From NCBI GenBank assembly GCA_965655095.1, contig OZ296648.1, forward strand, positions 6,076,001-6,140,000: a stretch of 64,000 nucleotides of DNA, in the 5' to 3' direction. The translations under genes and the position numbers were made by a program. This DNA comes from Haplodiscus bocki. Lineage: Eukaryota. The notes under the pieces are model-generated. The model worked only from the letters and a program-made list of their open reading frames with translations, was not told the DNA's origin and searched no databases. Below, piece by piece: positions 13,045 through 25,120 of the stretch. The first letter of the stretch is position 1; each line of letters begins with the position of its first letter.

Positions 13045-13857
13045 AACAAATTATCATTCAATGCCAAAAAGACACAGCTCATTTCATTCGATTTTCGGTC
13101 TCAAAACTACATCACAGATATTCAAGTTCTTATCGTGGATGACCATGAGATATTTCTTCAAAAAAGCGTGGTTGATCTCGGTCTATCTTTTTCAAGCAAC
13201 TTAGCTTGGTCAAAACACTTATCTGATCGTCTAAAAGCATGTTACATTAGAATTATATCCTTAAGAAGATGTCTACCGCCACATTTACATAGCCAAATCA
13301 AAATCAAATTGTATAAGACCTATATTTTGCCAAAATTACTTTACGGGTCACAAGTTTGGTCCCCGAACCAGAAAGACCTATCTAAATTAGAACAGTTCCA
13401 GAAAAACGTCTCAAAGTGGATATGCAAGGGTGCTACATACAAGACTAGATTAATCGCGTCTGGTTTACTTCCAATAAATCTTCTCCTGAAAATAAACGAT
13501 CTGCTATTTCTCAACCGAATCCTAAATGGCATGTACGATTTTGATTTTCATAACTTTTTATCGATCATATACCCCTGTGACAGTTTTTACTACAACACCA
13601 GTTCTACCCTGAAGCCCATTCTCAAGGTTAAATCAACTCGTACAAAGCAGGCCGACAATCACTTTTTCCAGCGAATTGTTCCCCTGTCAAACTGGTTGAT
13701 GAAGGAGCACAATCTCGACTCTTTCGATGAGCCTAATATCTTCAAACCTCGAGTGAAACAGCTGTTCAAACGCTTATTTGCATTAGATGAAAATGTTTTA
13801 TAATTTTCAGTTTGCCATATTGTTTAATTTTTAGTCATTACGAAAAGTAATAAAGTC

Positions 13858-13888
<31 letters not shown>

Positions 13889-13901
13889 CATACATACATA
13901 C
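13045..13901 (+). mobile_element. 5'-truncated LINE of a second CR1/L2-like family with (TACA)n tail
   Basis: ORF 13135-13803 is an RT C-terminus (DLGLSFSSNLAWSKH, LYKTYILPKLLYGSQVWSP, KLEQFQK, FFQRIVPL.N), followed by AATAAA near 13849 and a tetranucleotide tail. Confidence 0.85.
13859..13901. repeat. (TACA)n microsatellite (LINE tail)
   Basis: About 10 perfect TACA units. Confidence 0.95.
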
Positions 13902-14223
13902 TAACGAGCATAAACAACTCTCTACTTATGGTTTGATTCAACATCGCTACATAACCGATTGTACAAGTACCAAAGTCACAATGAAGCTGTCACCAGTAGT
14001 TACCTTTAAAACTCAGAAGGCAGCTGCATTCATGGCCACATAAAAAACTTGACTCCACAAAAAATAGGCGGGAGAATTTTTCGGTATCTCTTTAGATTGA
14101 TATTTTTCTGATTGTGACCACAGTTACATTTGTGTTCATTTGCACGTTAAAGAAATTTTGTTGCCTATTTGCAATTGATTGAAATTTGATAAGAAGTTAT
14201 TTGTAGAAAAACTTCAAGGATAA

Positions 14224-16573
14224 ATGATTCACTTGAACGTTTGCGCCAGAGAGGCTGTCAGTAGTAGGGACGTGAGTAGATGTGTTGAGCGGGGGTTAGA
14301 AGACCTTCTGTTCGAAAATAGATTCCAGCGAGCTGACTGGAGTCGAGAGCTCAGAGGCGTCTTCCAACTTAGCCGGTAACCTAGTACTCTACAAGTCTCT
14401 GGGTCACGGAATACTTGAACGTGATTGCCTCTTGAAGTTTTAGAGTTTTTTGTGCTCGATCCTGATAGAATGCTGACAACTTCTTGCTAAAGTTGATTGT
14501 TCCAGGCAATGCATTAAGAAAGCACAACAATGTGAAAATATAAGGTTAACGTCGGCAGTGTTTTAAGATGAGGTTCACTTGGGCCAGGTTTCACTCTAAA
14601 GAGATCTCTATTCAAAAAAAAATACAAAAAAAGGAAAAGCTGTAAGGTCTCAAGGAATGGCACAATTTGGCACTGTATCAAGATAGTGTTTAGATCTGCC
14701 AAGTAATGAGACAGGGTTATACTGCTTAATTCTATCGAGATGTGCTATACTTCCTGAGGTAATAAATTAGGACTATAATTTGTAAAAAAAAGATATCCTT
14801 CGTCATTTCGCAAACACTAGGTATGGTTCAGCAGGTTTTTTAAAAATACCAAATACTCAACAATGATTTTTTGTGGGGTATACTTTGGCGCGGTACTAAG
14901 ATGGGAATTACTTCAGCGCTGATCTGAGATAGGACTACAATATCATAAGCTTGGGTTTGTTCCGACAATGAATAAAGATAGACATGCTTTGATAAAATGT
15001 TAAGATAGTGTTCACTTCGACAATGTGAAGCTTGAGGGGATATTTGACGCTTCTTTTCTTTCCCATGCAGAGTGTCATCTCATCAGTTGAATTTGTTTCA
15101 TCTGATTGATTTGTTCCGGGAAGTTGTTGCGCTTTCATGAGATTTTTTGTTGCAATTATTAGCCTTCTTTAGTCAACATGTCCCCAGTAGAAATGATATA
15201 AGCATCGGTATTTAATTTCTTCTCGAAACCAAAGAACCGCTGTAAGGAAAAGAATGTTTGACAGTTCGTTCACTGGTTATGTTAACCAGTCCTCCCTCGT
15301 AATGTCCTTCCATTTCTAGTAAAGAATCAAATGTAACACCATCTACATTTCCTCCGTCAATGTTTTTATGCTTTGCTACTTTGCTACAATCAAGTTGCAA
15401 GACCCTCTAGCTTTCCTTCAAACTTTTTTGTTAAACGTTTTTCACTGATATGTCGTTCGTCAATCACAAAAAAAATTTTGACTTGTGGAGACTGTGGTAC
15501 ATAAAAAACAGAAGGAACAAGAAGCAGTGTGAGTTACAAAAAACATGCTCAGTATAAACATTGTGTTCTAGTGTTCAACTTCTTATCAAACTCTTCGAAG
15601 GACTCCTTACCTCTATAGTTTTCTCATATTACCTTTGATTTTTGATTTTGCTTTTTTGGACAAGTGTTAATCAATTTTGAACCAGTAACTCTTCTCAAAA
15701 TGGGAATCAGTTTTTACGCAAATTAAAGTCAAGTTTCGTCCCTATTGTCCTTATAATCTGTGAATTTATGTTCCGTCCCTGAACGCTTGTAGCTTGATCT
15801 TTTGGAACACCTATTGGAGTATATTGAAGTTATGTGATGCTTGTCTAGACTTCTAGTAGTATAGTTTGAGTATTGGCAGTTTTTTTCTGCGAGAAAGAGA
15901 ACTTGGTTCAATTCAACTAGTGATCAGGTCGAATCTGAAAGAAAGTTTACTTTTTGGAAACAAAATTAACAGTTCTGTGTTTTTGTGCATAACCATTTAT
16001 ACCTAAGCGTTTCTCATTATGTGAGGCTGATTTTTGCCGACAACCAGAAAAACGGAAGACGACTCCTTACTTATGAAACATTGAGTACTGGTGAGGGTTT
16101 CGCTTTCCTCCCATATACGAAATCGTTTCTTTTCTGCCTGAATGTCAAATTCTTCAAATAAGAATCGTCGATGTTTTCGTTTTACAAACTTCTTGCTGTA
16201 TGTTGATAATTCTAGCTGCAAACCATTTTTGGATATGAATCCCGAATTAGGTACAGAAAAACATTCGCATTTTGAGTGGTTACGAAAACTTCCCGACTCT
16301 TGGTGCAGTTTTTTAGTTTGTGCTCATATTTGAAAGTAGAAGTAACAATGTGTTAGCCTGTACTGCATCCAGGAAGCTTGTTTCTGAAGTTTTTTGAGTA
16401 GCAATCATGGTACATTGATGCTATAATTCAAACTAAACCCATTTACTAACAACTTTTTCAAAAGTCTCGTTGCTCATTTCCGCAAATCATGTTTAAAAAA
16501 TTCTAGTTACTGAGCGCAATTGTGTTGGAATTCACAATCAAAACAATTGTTGCTCCTCTGCTTCCATTACCTG
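14224..16573 (-). pseudogene. Decayed multi-exon gene of unknown function (second copy)
   Basis: Near-identical to 3330-5680 at an offset of ~10894. Confidence 0.45.
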
Positions 16574-16620
16574 AACAAACTAAATTTTGAACGACCTTAA
16601 CAAAAGTATCTGGAAGAAAT

Positions 16621-17023
16621 TTCTCCCAAAAAATGTTTCGTCATTTTATTATACCAGATAAAGTGATAAATTGCAAAAACAGATACGAAGTTTTGTAGTT
16701 TTCGTCGCAACTCATTTTTGATCGTAGAATTTTCTCCCAAAACTGTTTCGTCATTTTGTTATACCAGATAAGGTGATAAATTGCAAAAACAGATACGAAG
16801 TTTTGTAGTTTTGGTCGTAACTCATTTTTGATCGTAGAATGTTCTCCCAAAAACTGTTTCGTCTGTTTGTTATACCAGATAAGGTGATAAATTGCAAAAA
16901 CAAAACGATGTTTTGTAGTTTTGGTCGTAATTCAAACTTGGTGGTAAAATTTTCTCCCAAAAACTGTTTCGTCATTTGATTGTATCAGATAAGGTGATAA
17001 ATTGCAATAACAGATACGAAACA
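16621..17023. repeat. ~110-bp satellite (~3.7 units)
   Basis: One more unit than 5727-6020. The offset between copies shifts from ~10894 to 11003 across the array. Confidence 0.9.
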
Positions 17024-17217
17024 AAATTAATCGCGCTTTTTACTTTGAAAATTAGCCACATTCTTTTATCGAGAACTGGTTGGTAGGAAAAGATTTGCGT
17101 CGTACAGTGTTCAGTTTTTTCCCAGTGGCAAAGTCTATGAACGTAATTTTATTCTTTTCTATTCTAACTGAAAGTGGAGCCCAGTTCAATTTGAAATTCA
17201 AATTTTCTCATTTAATT

Positions 17218-20200
17218 TTTATTATTATTATTATTATTATTGATTTGAAAATGGGAGTGATCCCATTGAATGCTTAGGTCAATAACCAAAATTGTTTAAG
17301 ATTCAGCTTGCATGACACACAACCACAGTTGGGGTACCACTTGCAAGTGTTGTTGATATCACAATGGTCGTTGGAAAATTTCCAAAAACATTTTAAGAGT
17401 CTGCCTTTCATCCCTCGAGTGTCCGTGAAATTCATATGTTTGTCCACTCTGTTTACTATTTTGCACAGTCTGTAAAAGAAGTCGCTTCGCTGGGACTGTT
17501 CAGCGATAGTGTGCGGATGGAATGAGGTACTTCTAGTATTTGAAGTGGATGTTGACTGATTTAATTTGCAGTTCCTTTGCCAGTTTAGTATATCCCTTCA
17601 TCTTTCCTCCCGCTATTGTGAAGTTACAATTTTTTCTTGTGTTTTCGAATAATTGCATTTGACTGATCGCGTATTCAAGATCTATCTGTGATATCCATGG
17701 CGGCTTGTTCTGACTTTCTGTTATTTCTGTACTTCTGATTTTTACTTCAGTAAGTCTTCCATAGTCGGCATATGTGTCTCTTTTTTATGCAGCTAATATT
17801 TAATTTTCTTGGTCCCAATGCAACATTGGCTGATTTGTCTTTTTTCACGGTTATCATCACCGGTGATTTGAAACAATCCTCATCTAATTTTTGTATTTTC
17901 TGCAGATATTTGGATTGAACTCAGTTGGTTATTTCTTTCAACATATTTTTGTCAGTGGTTTGGCATAGGTCTAGGTTTTTGCTTTGGAAAAATTAGTAAT
18001 AGTACAATTATAGTAAGGCATATAGTAAGGTGGAGGTAAGACGTTTAAAACAAACATTGCGGGCTGGTAATCGTGGGATGGCAGAATCCATGTCATTATC
18101 CTTTGATGGAACTTTCCCAGTTCGGCAACTCTGGTTTTTGATGCACACCAGCATTGGTTGGCATAGCAAACAATAGGTAGTATAGATGTTTTAAAAACAT
18201 ATAGTTTGCTCCTGGGTGGCAGAGATGGTGAGAAAATTCGTCGAAAAAATTGATATGTTCTGTTTGCTTTTGTAATGGAATGTTTTATGTGAGTTGCCCA
18301 GTTAAGGTTCGATTCAATTTTTAGGCTGAGATCGTTTACTAAGCGAGAAGGAGTTACAGTTATGGCATCCAGTACAATTGGTTCATGACGCGAAGATAAA
18401 AGCGGGAGGAACTGACATTTGGATAGGTTTAATTGCATTTGGTTTGTCGAAATCCATTCCATAATTGCATCGAAGTCCTGATTAAGATCTAGTCTGTCTG
18501 ATTCACTTGTCGAAATATTGCGTTTTGAGTCATTCGCGAAGAGGTATGCAGACGAAAAGAAGATTGAATCAGGTTAATCGTTGATAAAAATAAGAAAAAG
18601 TAGGGGTCCAAGAAGTGACCCTTGAGGAACACCACTGAGAACGTGCGACCACGAGGAAATTTGATCATTGATTCTGACGGCCTGGCCTCGATGTTGTAGA
18701 TGGTCTGTGATAACTGCTGACATAGACTCTTGCACTCCAAGTGATGATAGTTTGGTCACAAGAATTTTGTGGTTTACTTTATCAAATGTCAAATGCTTTG
18801 GCAAAATCAGAGAATATTAGGCCTTTTTTGCTGTTGTCGTTATCAAAGTGGATATGATGGAGGCAGGTTAAAAGTTGATTAATGATTGATTTACGGGACT
18901 GAAACCCAAATTGCTGTGATGACACAAACTTTATGAATTGAAAGTGGAACGTATATACATCTCTCATGGACTTTGCCCGCAATATCTAGCAATGTTACAG
19001 GTCGGTAAAGTTCTACCTTTGATTTGCTGCCTTTTTTATATATGGGAGTAACAATTCCATTTTTCCGTTTCGTTGAGTACTTGCCATGGCACTTGATGGG
19101 TTTGAAGATATTGTGTAAAGAAGAAGCTATTGCCTCCGCTGTACCTTTATAAATAATTGGAGACACATTATCGGGTCCTTGAATTTTTCTAGTGTTGAGA
19201 TCTTTGCAAATTTTGGCAATCGTAGTTTTCTCGATGCAGTAGTCGCTGCTAGTACATGTCTATGAGGGGATTGTAATTGTATGGTTTGAGTCGGTACCAT
19301 TTGGACACAGATACAAAGTATTCATTTAGGAGGTCAGCTTTCTTTCTGTCGGTGAAAGCGCTTCTCCATTGTTTGAAAGTGTAAGAAGAGCTCATCTGTC
19401 AGATTTATTAAAGTTGATGTATTTGAATATTGTAGCTAGATTTCGACTATCAGAGAGCTATATTTCGTATTCTTTTTTGCCGTTGGTTGTTGTTTCTTCT
19501 GAATGTTGTGAAAGATTTTGTACTTTGATTATTAAATCTGATGAGAACGGAGGTACAATTCAGTTTTTTTATTGCAGTTTCTTTTCATAAAATTGGATGT
19601 TGAAGGACTAATCCAAGGTTGTAGTGACTGTCGGTGCTTTTTTCTGATTGGGACGTTTTTTTGAAGTACATCAAGTAACCGGGAATACCATTCGTCAACC
19701 ATTACGTCTGTGTTACTGTAAGAATTCGGGGGTGAAGGTGGTTCCAGTCATGAGGTCTCGTAGAAGAGAAGAATCACCACGACAGAAACTGAACACTTTT
19801 TTTATGCTGGTTTTTGATGCACACTCATTTTTGCAACTTACGTCAATCATGATTGGAATGTGGTCACTTAAGTAACGGTCGTCAGTTGATACAAATTGGT
19901 TCTTGAAAGCTTCTGAATTTTGCAGAGAGATTACTGATTCGGGTGAGTTCGTCATGACGACGTCTAAGGTATTCTTTCCCACAGTAGGAATGTCAGTTAG
20001 TTGCGTCCAATTTAAAACTGAAAAAGTCTGAGCAATTTTGTCTTTGTATTCGTCTGGGCTACTAAGAGATTCCCAGTCCATGTTCAAGAGGTTGAGATCT
20101 CCAACAATATAACAAAGTTGATGGGGTTTTGTATTGCTAATATGCTGAAAAAGGTCATTAAGTTCGTTCTGAGGGATACGGTACTTGCTATTGGCTGGGG

Positions 20201-21788
20201 TGTTGTAAAGACAACAGATGTTAAATTCAATATCTCGAATTGTTATGGAGACCCAAAGGAAAGATTCGCTAAATGTCGACGGAAACTGAGACAAGTCTTG
20301 CACTGTAAAATTGAATTCAGATGATTTTTCGATGAGGACACCTCCGTGTCTTGACGAAGAATTATTAACAGTACGTTCTGCTCGTATTATTGTATACCGA
20401 GGAAGGGAAATTTCGAATGAAAAGAATTTGCTGGTGAGCCAAGTTATATCAGTCACACAGAAATTTTTTGTGATTAGAAATAAGGATGGCATTGGCAAAA
20501 ACTTGACGTCGTTAAAGTTGTAGTAAGCTTCTGGCATTTAGTAGCAGAATGTTTATTGAAGTTAGTCATACGGAAACTTGTTCTGTGTCCTCTTCCAGAG
20601 GCGCTTCTTTTGAATCTAGGAAGAATTTAAAAGATCAGATCTTTACCTTGCTTTGCTCTACACTTTTTTCTATAAGCTCACGTCGTTAACGGAGGATTTT
20701 GTTGTTTTTGTTTATTTCGTCTTCCGTCAGTCCCAGGGTTAAATTGATAGTTCTGCCAGCGTAGTCTTTCAATTTATTTGTTCTGGATAAAATTTTGTGA
20801 GCGTCCCAATTGGACTTCAGAGTGAGAAGCAGTGTACGGGGTCAAGCGTTTTCATCAGGTCGTCTTTTTCCAAATCTTCGTAGCGATGCGATGGGTGGGG
20901 TTTCATCAAAGAATTTCAGACCCTCGTTTAATTATTTTTCCTCGAGTTGGTCAATTTCTGCACGTTTGTTCGATTTTGATTCAGGTATACCATCTATGCG
21001 TACCTGGTACAGAGGTTGGTTATTGACAGTTTTGTTTTGGATGGGGGCAGTTGGGGCAGCAGTTTGCTGTGACGGTGCACTTGTCATAACAGAATGTACA
21101 GTATCTTGAAATGTTTTGACAGAGTTTTTATTGAGTTCCTGAACTTGTTTGGTCAAGGCATTCATCTCCTTCTCTGATTTTAGCAAATTTTTGTTCATTT
21201 TTCAGATTCGCGAAACTGTCATAGCATTCAACCGAAAAGACACAGGACGGATTATTTGTTCATCTTGTTTGAACGTTTTTTCACGGCTTCATCGTCATTC
21301 GCCAGGATTTCAGCGACCGTGGTGAAGTAGTCTTCGGACTGGGGCTCTAGTCGTTGTCGGGGTAAATCTGTTGGGTCGATGTTCAACAAATTGGAAAAGA
21401 TTCAGATGATAAAATTATGAGACAGCAATCTCCAGTTGTACCTAAGAAGGCACTGGGGAGAAAGAGAAGAACAACTTTACTTTGACACTTATAACACAAA
21501 TAAGTAATCCAATTCACCACCAAAATGATTTAGCTGATTATAAATGCCGCCGATAATACTACGGCAATATCGATAGTACTACGGCAATACCGATAATTAT
21601 GCAACTGCGAGATCAACAAAGAACTCTAAGAAGTCACTGGGAAACAAACACTAGGCAATTTAGTGAGTAAATAAATAAAGGTAAATGAAGAATTGAGAAT
21701 AATAAGTGGCAGACGCATACGTCCAAACTACCACTAGTAAATATTGCGTGATGAATACACGAACTGGAGTGTCAACTGCCACCCCCGC
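17218..21788 (-). mobile_element. Full-length but decayed CR1/L2-type LINE, copy 3
   Basis: Near-identical to 6215-10786: APE ORF 19713-20537, RT pieces 17971-19166, (AAT)n tail. Confidence 0.9.
17588..17997 (-). mobile_element. Ty3/gypsy RT fragment embedded in the LINE (copy 3)
   Basis: Same sequence as 6585-6994. Confidence 0.7.
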
Positions 21789-23209
21789 ATTAATTCACTT
21801 AAAAAGATCTGTTTAGTAAGTTTGTAATTGAGTAATGTAAAAAGTAATAAGTAAGTACTTGAAAAAAGTAAATTTATTTAATAAGTAATGGAGAATATTG
21901 TACATGATACATGAGTGCCAAAAACCGCCCCAACCCTACACACACATGCAAACACTAAAGCCACAAGGGTACTAGTTTTCTGTAAACAAAACTCTGCATT
22001 TCTCGAATCTTGTGATAACTGAAGCGCTGATTTTGTCTAACAAATTTTTGCTTTGTAATCGTGAAACCGTTGAATGTAAAATGTTTTCCAAGAAAAATGC
22101 AAGAAAAACATTCAGAGGAGCCCAAATCTGATTAATATATTCTTTTTGGGCTTTTCTAAGATTTAGTTCCGAACTCCTACAAAGAACTGTTGATAAAAAT
22201 GTTATAAATCCAACACCTTCACATTTGATAAACTTTTTCCTTTTGTACTTAAAGACGAAATTAATCATTCAAAGTACTTTAATTGAATTCAAGTTTCAAC
22301 TGTTATCTCAATAAAAAAAAATTTTCTGACGGTGCTCTGCATATTGCCTTACCTATCAGACTTTCAGGCCAAAAACTTGAGTTTCTTTTTTCATCTGTAG
22401 TTAAAGCAAGTACTGGAACATCATCAACCGGAAAAATTGAAAACCAGTGAAAAATGAAATGATGCAAAATCGGAACAATATCCACGCATTGGACTGGGGA
22501 AAAATCTACGTCCAAGCGCTGTTATTTTTCAAATTTTTGCTGGTATCGGTGTTTTGCTTCTGATTTTTTTCTAGAGCACTTGATGTCAAGTTACACTTGA
22601 AGTCTAAGATTTCATGTACTTGTGGTAGTCGGAGCGTATATTAAAACAATATTCAAGTACTTAGATCCAAATATTCTCAAATTTGTCACATTAATTCGTA
22701 TCTTATTTTCCGCTTTTTCAAAGCGGCGACCATTCATCGCATGTAACATGTTGATTCCCAAAGTGTCGAAAAATTGCGAACTATTCAAAGTGTCGAAACT
22801 GGCTGGTAGACCATTGCATGCTCCGATTTTTTTCCGAAGTCTTGATCAGTCTGCAGTTTTTCGACGTGATGGGAATTTTTGATAAATTCTAATGCTGTTA
22901 GTATTCTAGAATTCTTAGCGCTTAATGCCTTGAACTCTTGGTGCCTATGCTTTTCACTTAAAAAAATGCGGAATAATTGTGACGAAAGCATCCATTATAA
23001 ACAAATCTATATTGAAAATTTGAAAAAGAAAATGTATAGGGATGGAGGATAAAAACGTGAGAAAATGTCCCGTCTATTAGATTTTGGGAGCTTTCAATTT
23101 TAGTACTCTTCGAACCTAATCTTCGTACAGGTAAAATTCGGTACGAGAAACGACTCCTTGCAACGGTTAGGTCTTTTTCAGTCTGAAATGCATTGATTTG
23201 TTGTAAGAG

Positions 23210-23529
23210 ATGCTCGCACGATACCAGCACGTGGTAGCCTTACTATGGTTTCACCTTTTGAACCATATAAGACGCATTGTTGCCACTTACATCTTCCCCA
23301 TTATCATTATCGGACTGGGAGCCCTGCTTTTGTTGCTGTACAGTCAAAATAAGACAAATGTGAAGGATACACTGGACGATGGAGTTTACGATTCAGATTT
23401 TTCTATCGCATACAATCGCGGTGATGTTTGTCCTGGTTTTTCAGTGAAACTGGAAAATTTCTCGGAAAAGAATGTGAATGGAACGTTGCAAGTTGGAATC
23501 ACGGATAGATATGGAGACTTTTCTGTAGA
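23210..23529 (+). CDS. ABCA-family transporter, probable exon 1
   Basis: MLARYQHVVALLWFHLLNHIRR...FPIIIIGLGALLLLL resembles the ABCA N-terminus and TM1. The phase-2 donor GA|GTTAGC at 23530 joins in frame to the acceptor at 41090. Confidence 0.65.
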
Positions 23530-24465
23530 GTTAGCAAAATGTTTCTTTTTCCCCTGCGTGGTCATCTCAATCAAAATGTCCAATGCATTTTATGTTACTT
23601 TACATTCGCCACATTTTAAAATCCAAATTAACTTCGGAAGTCGCCCATTTAAAACCCGAGGTTTCTTTCTTATTGAGTGTCGTAAGAGTCCTGACAAAAC
23701 TTTAATTCGCATATCGAATTATTTTTTTTCATGAGTAACTATCATCTGTCATGGGCGGATTGAATCATACCTCTTTTCATGATCGCTAGTTTACGGTATT
23801 TGTTGGGTAAGCGAAAAACGTTTTCAATATTTGCTGTAAATGCATTTCAACGCCGAATGCAAGGTGTGAAAATCGTTTGGAAATAGAATAAATACTCAGC
23901 CCCGGTTTCTCCAATGAATAACGGTTTTTAGAAAATACGGAAATGGCTGACGCTTTTGCTTGTATCACCTAACGTGCTGTCTTGTGTACTGCCGCTGACG
24001 GAATGCATCATTTTCAGGTAGCAATAATTATGAAGGTAGGTCAAATTGCTCCGTTTTTAGTTTCTTTCAGTTTGCCTTGAAAAATCATTAAATAACGGAA
24101 GCAAATTTTTGATTTTTTTTGATATATAGAAGCAAGAAGTAGAGCGGTATATAGAAGTATATAGGTTTTGATATTCCTTCGTTTTTAAATTCATGCTTTT
24201 GTCGCTAGACAACGTGGAATTACAGTTTTAACCGTTAGATTTTTATTCAGCATTCAAAATTGGAACCAGAAAATAGCGGTAAAAATGACACTCACGTTCT
24301 TGACAGAAAAGATGCGCCCAATAAATGTGTAGTCTTTCAAATTCGAGGAGTTTGTGAGAAATTTTGGGAGTATTAATGGGCACATGATTAGTTTTGCACT
24401 GTTGCTTGAAGATAATGTTCGCAATTGATGATTTTGCTCCAAAAGTGGCAAAAAGAAGATCTATT

Positions 24466-24632
24466 AGTAGTAAGGAAGGGGGGGGGGTTAAATGCAATTT
24501 TTGACTCCCAAGCCGAAAATTTTCTAAGTCAAAGAGTTCAAAGTACAAATTCAACCGAAACTGTATTTTGTTGACTAAGTACACAGTAAGTAAACCAACT
24601 GTCAAAATTCGTTGACAGTGTAACTTTTCTAA
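24466..24632 (+). repeat. Left TIR of Polinton 1
   Basis: Reverse complement of ~38566-38734. The first ~80 bp are near-perfect, then imperfect. Confidence 0.92.
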
Positions 24633-25120
24633 ATCAAATTGTGAAAGTGGTTCTACGACACATGAAATCTTCAAACTTTGGAGACTTTTCGCTTTCTAGA
24701 GTAGAAATAATGCACCGAGCCCCCTGCTTATCAGGAGTTAACAATGCAAAACTCACCTTTCGAGGAATGAAGCAGCAACATTGTAAAATAAATTTCACTA
24801 GAGTTTCTGGTAATTGTCAAATTCAGTCCCAACTCGAGATGGAAAACTTAGGAAAAACGTTACCAGCAGTATCTAGTTCAAAAACATTACAGTTTGCTAG
24901 CACACCTGGCGCACTCACGTGGTTCAGCTGATTGAAGCATTGCATAAAGGATCGTGACTGTGCCAAGTCTGCTTTTCTTCCATGTTGATGGAAAATCCTA
25001 GTGACTGGACGGAAAATTCCAAACATTGAAGTGAGTTAGATAACGAAAACTCTGGGGCCGCTCATTTTCAGGCAAATTCAACCAACAATCAGTTGCTTTT
25101 AATTTTAACAGTTAAAACCA

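Larger units (their letters stand above)
1..22804. repeat. Tandem segmental triplication (~11-kb unit; first copy partial and internally deleted)
   Basis: Near-identical ORFs recur at 198/6077/17080, 1607/7486/18489, 3620/14514 and 10970/21972. Block 3207-11803 matches 14101-22804, and 1-3205 matches 5880-9083. Identity ends after 'gaaactggct' at 11803/22804. Confidence 0.95.

Noticed and set aside
24243-24674. Pair of similar ORFs 24243-24674 (-) and 38543-38845 (+)
   Set aside because: Their similarity is just translation of the two TIRs, and they cross the element boundaries.
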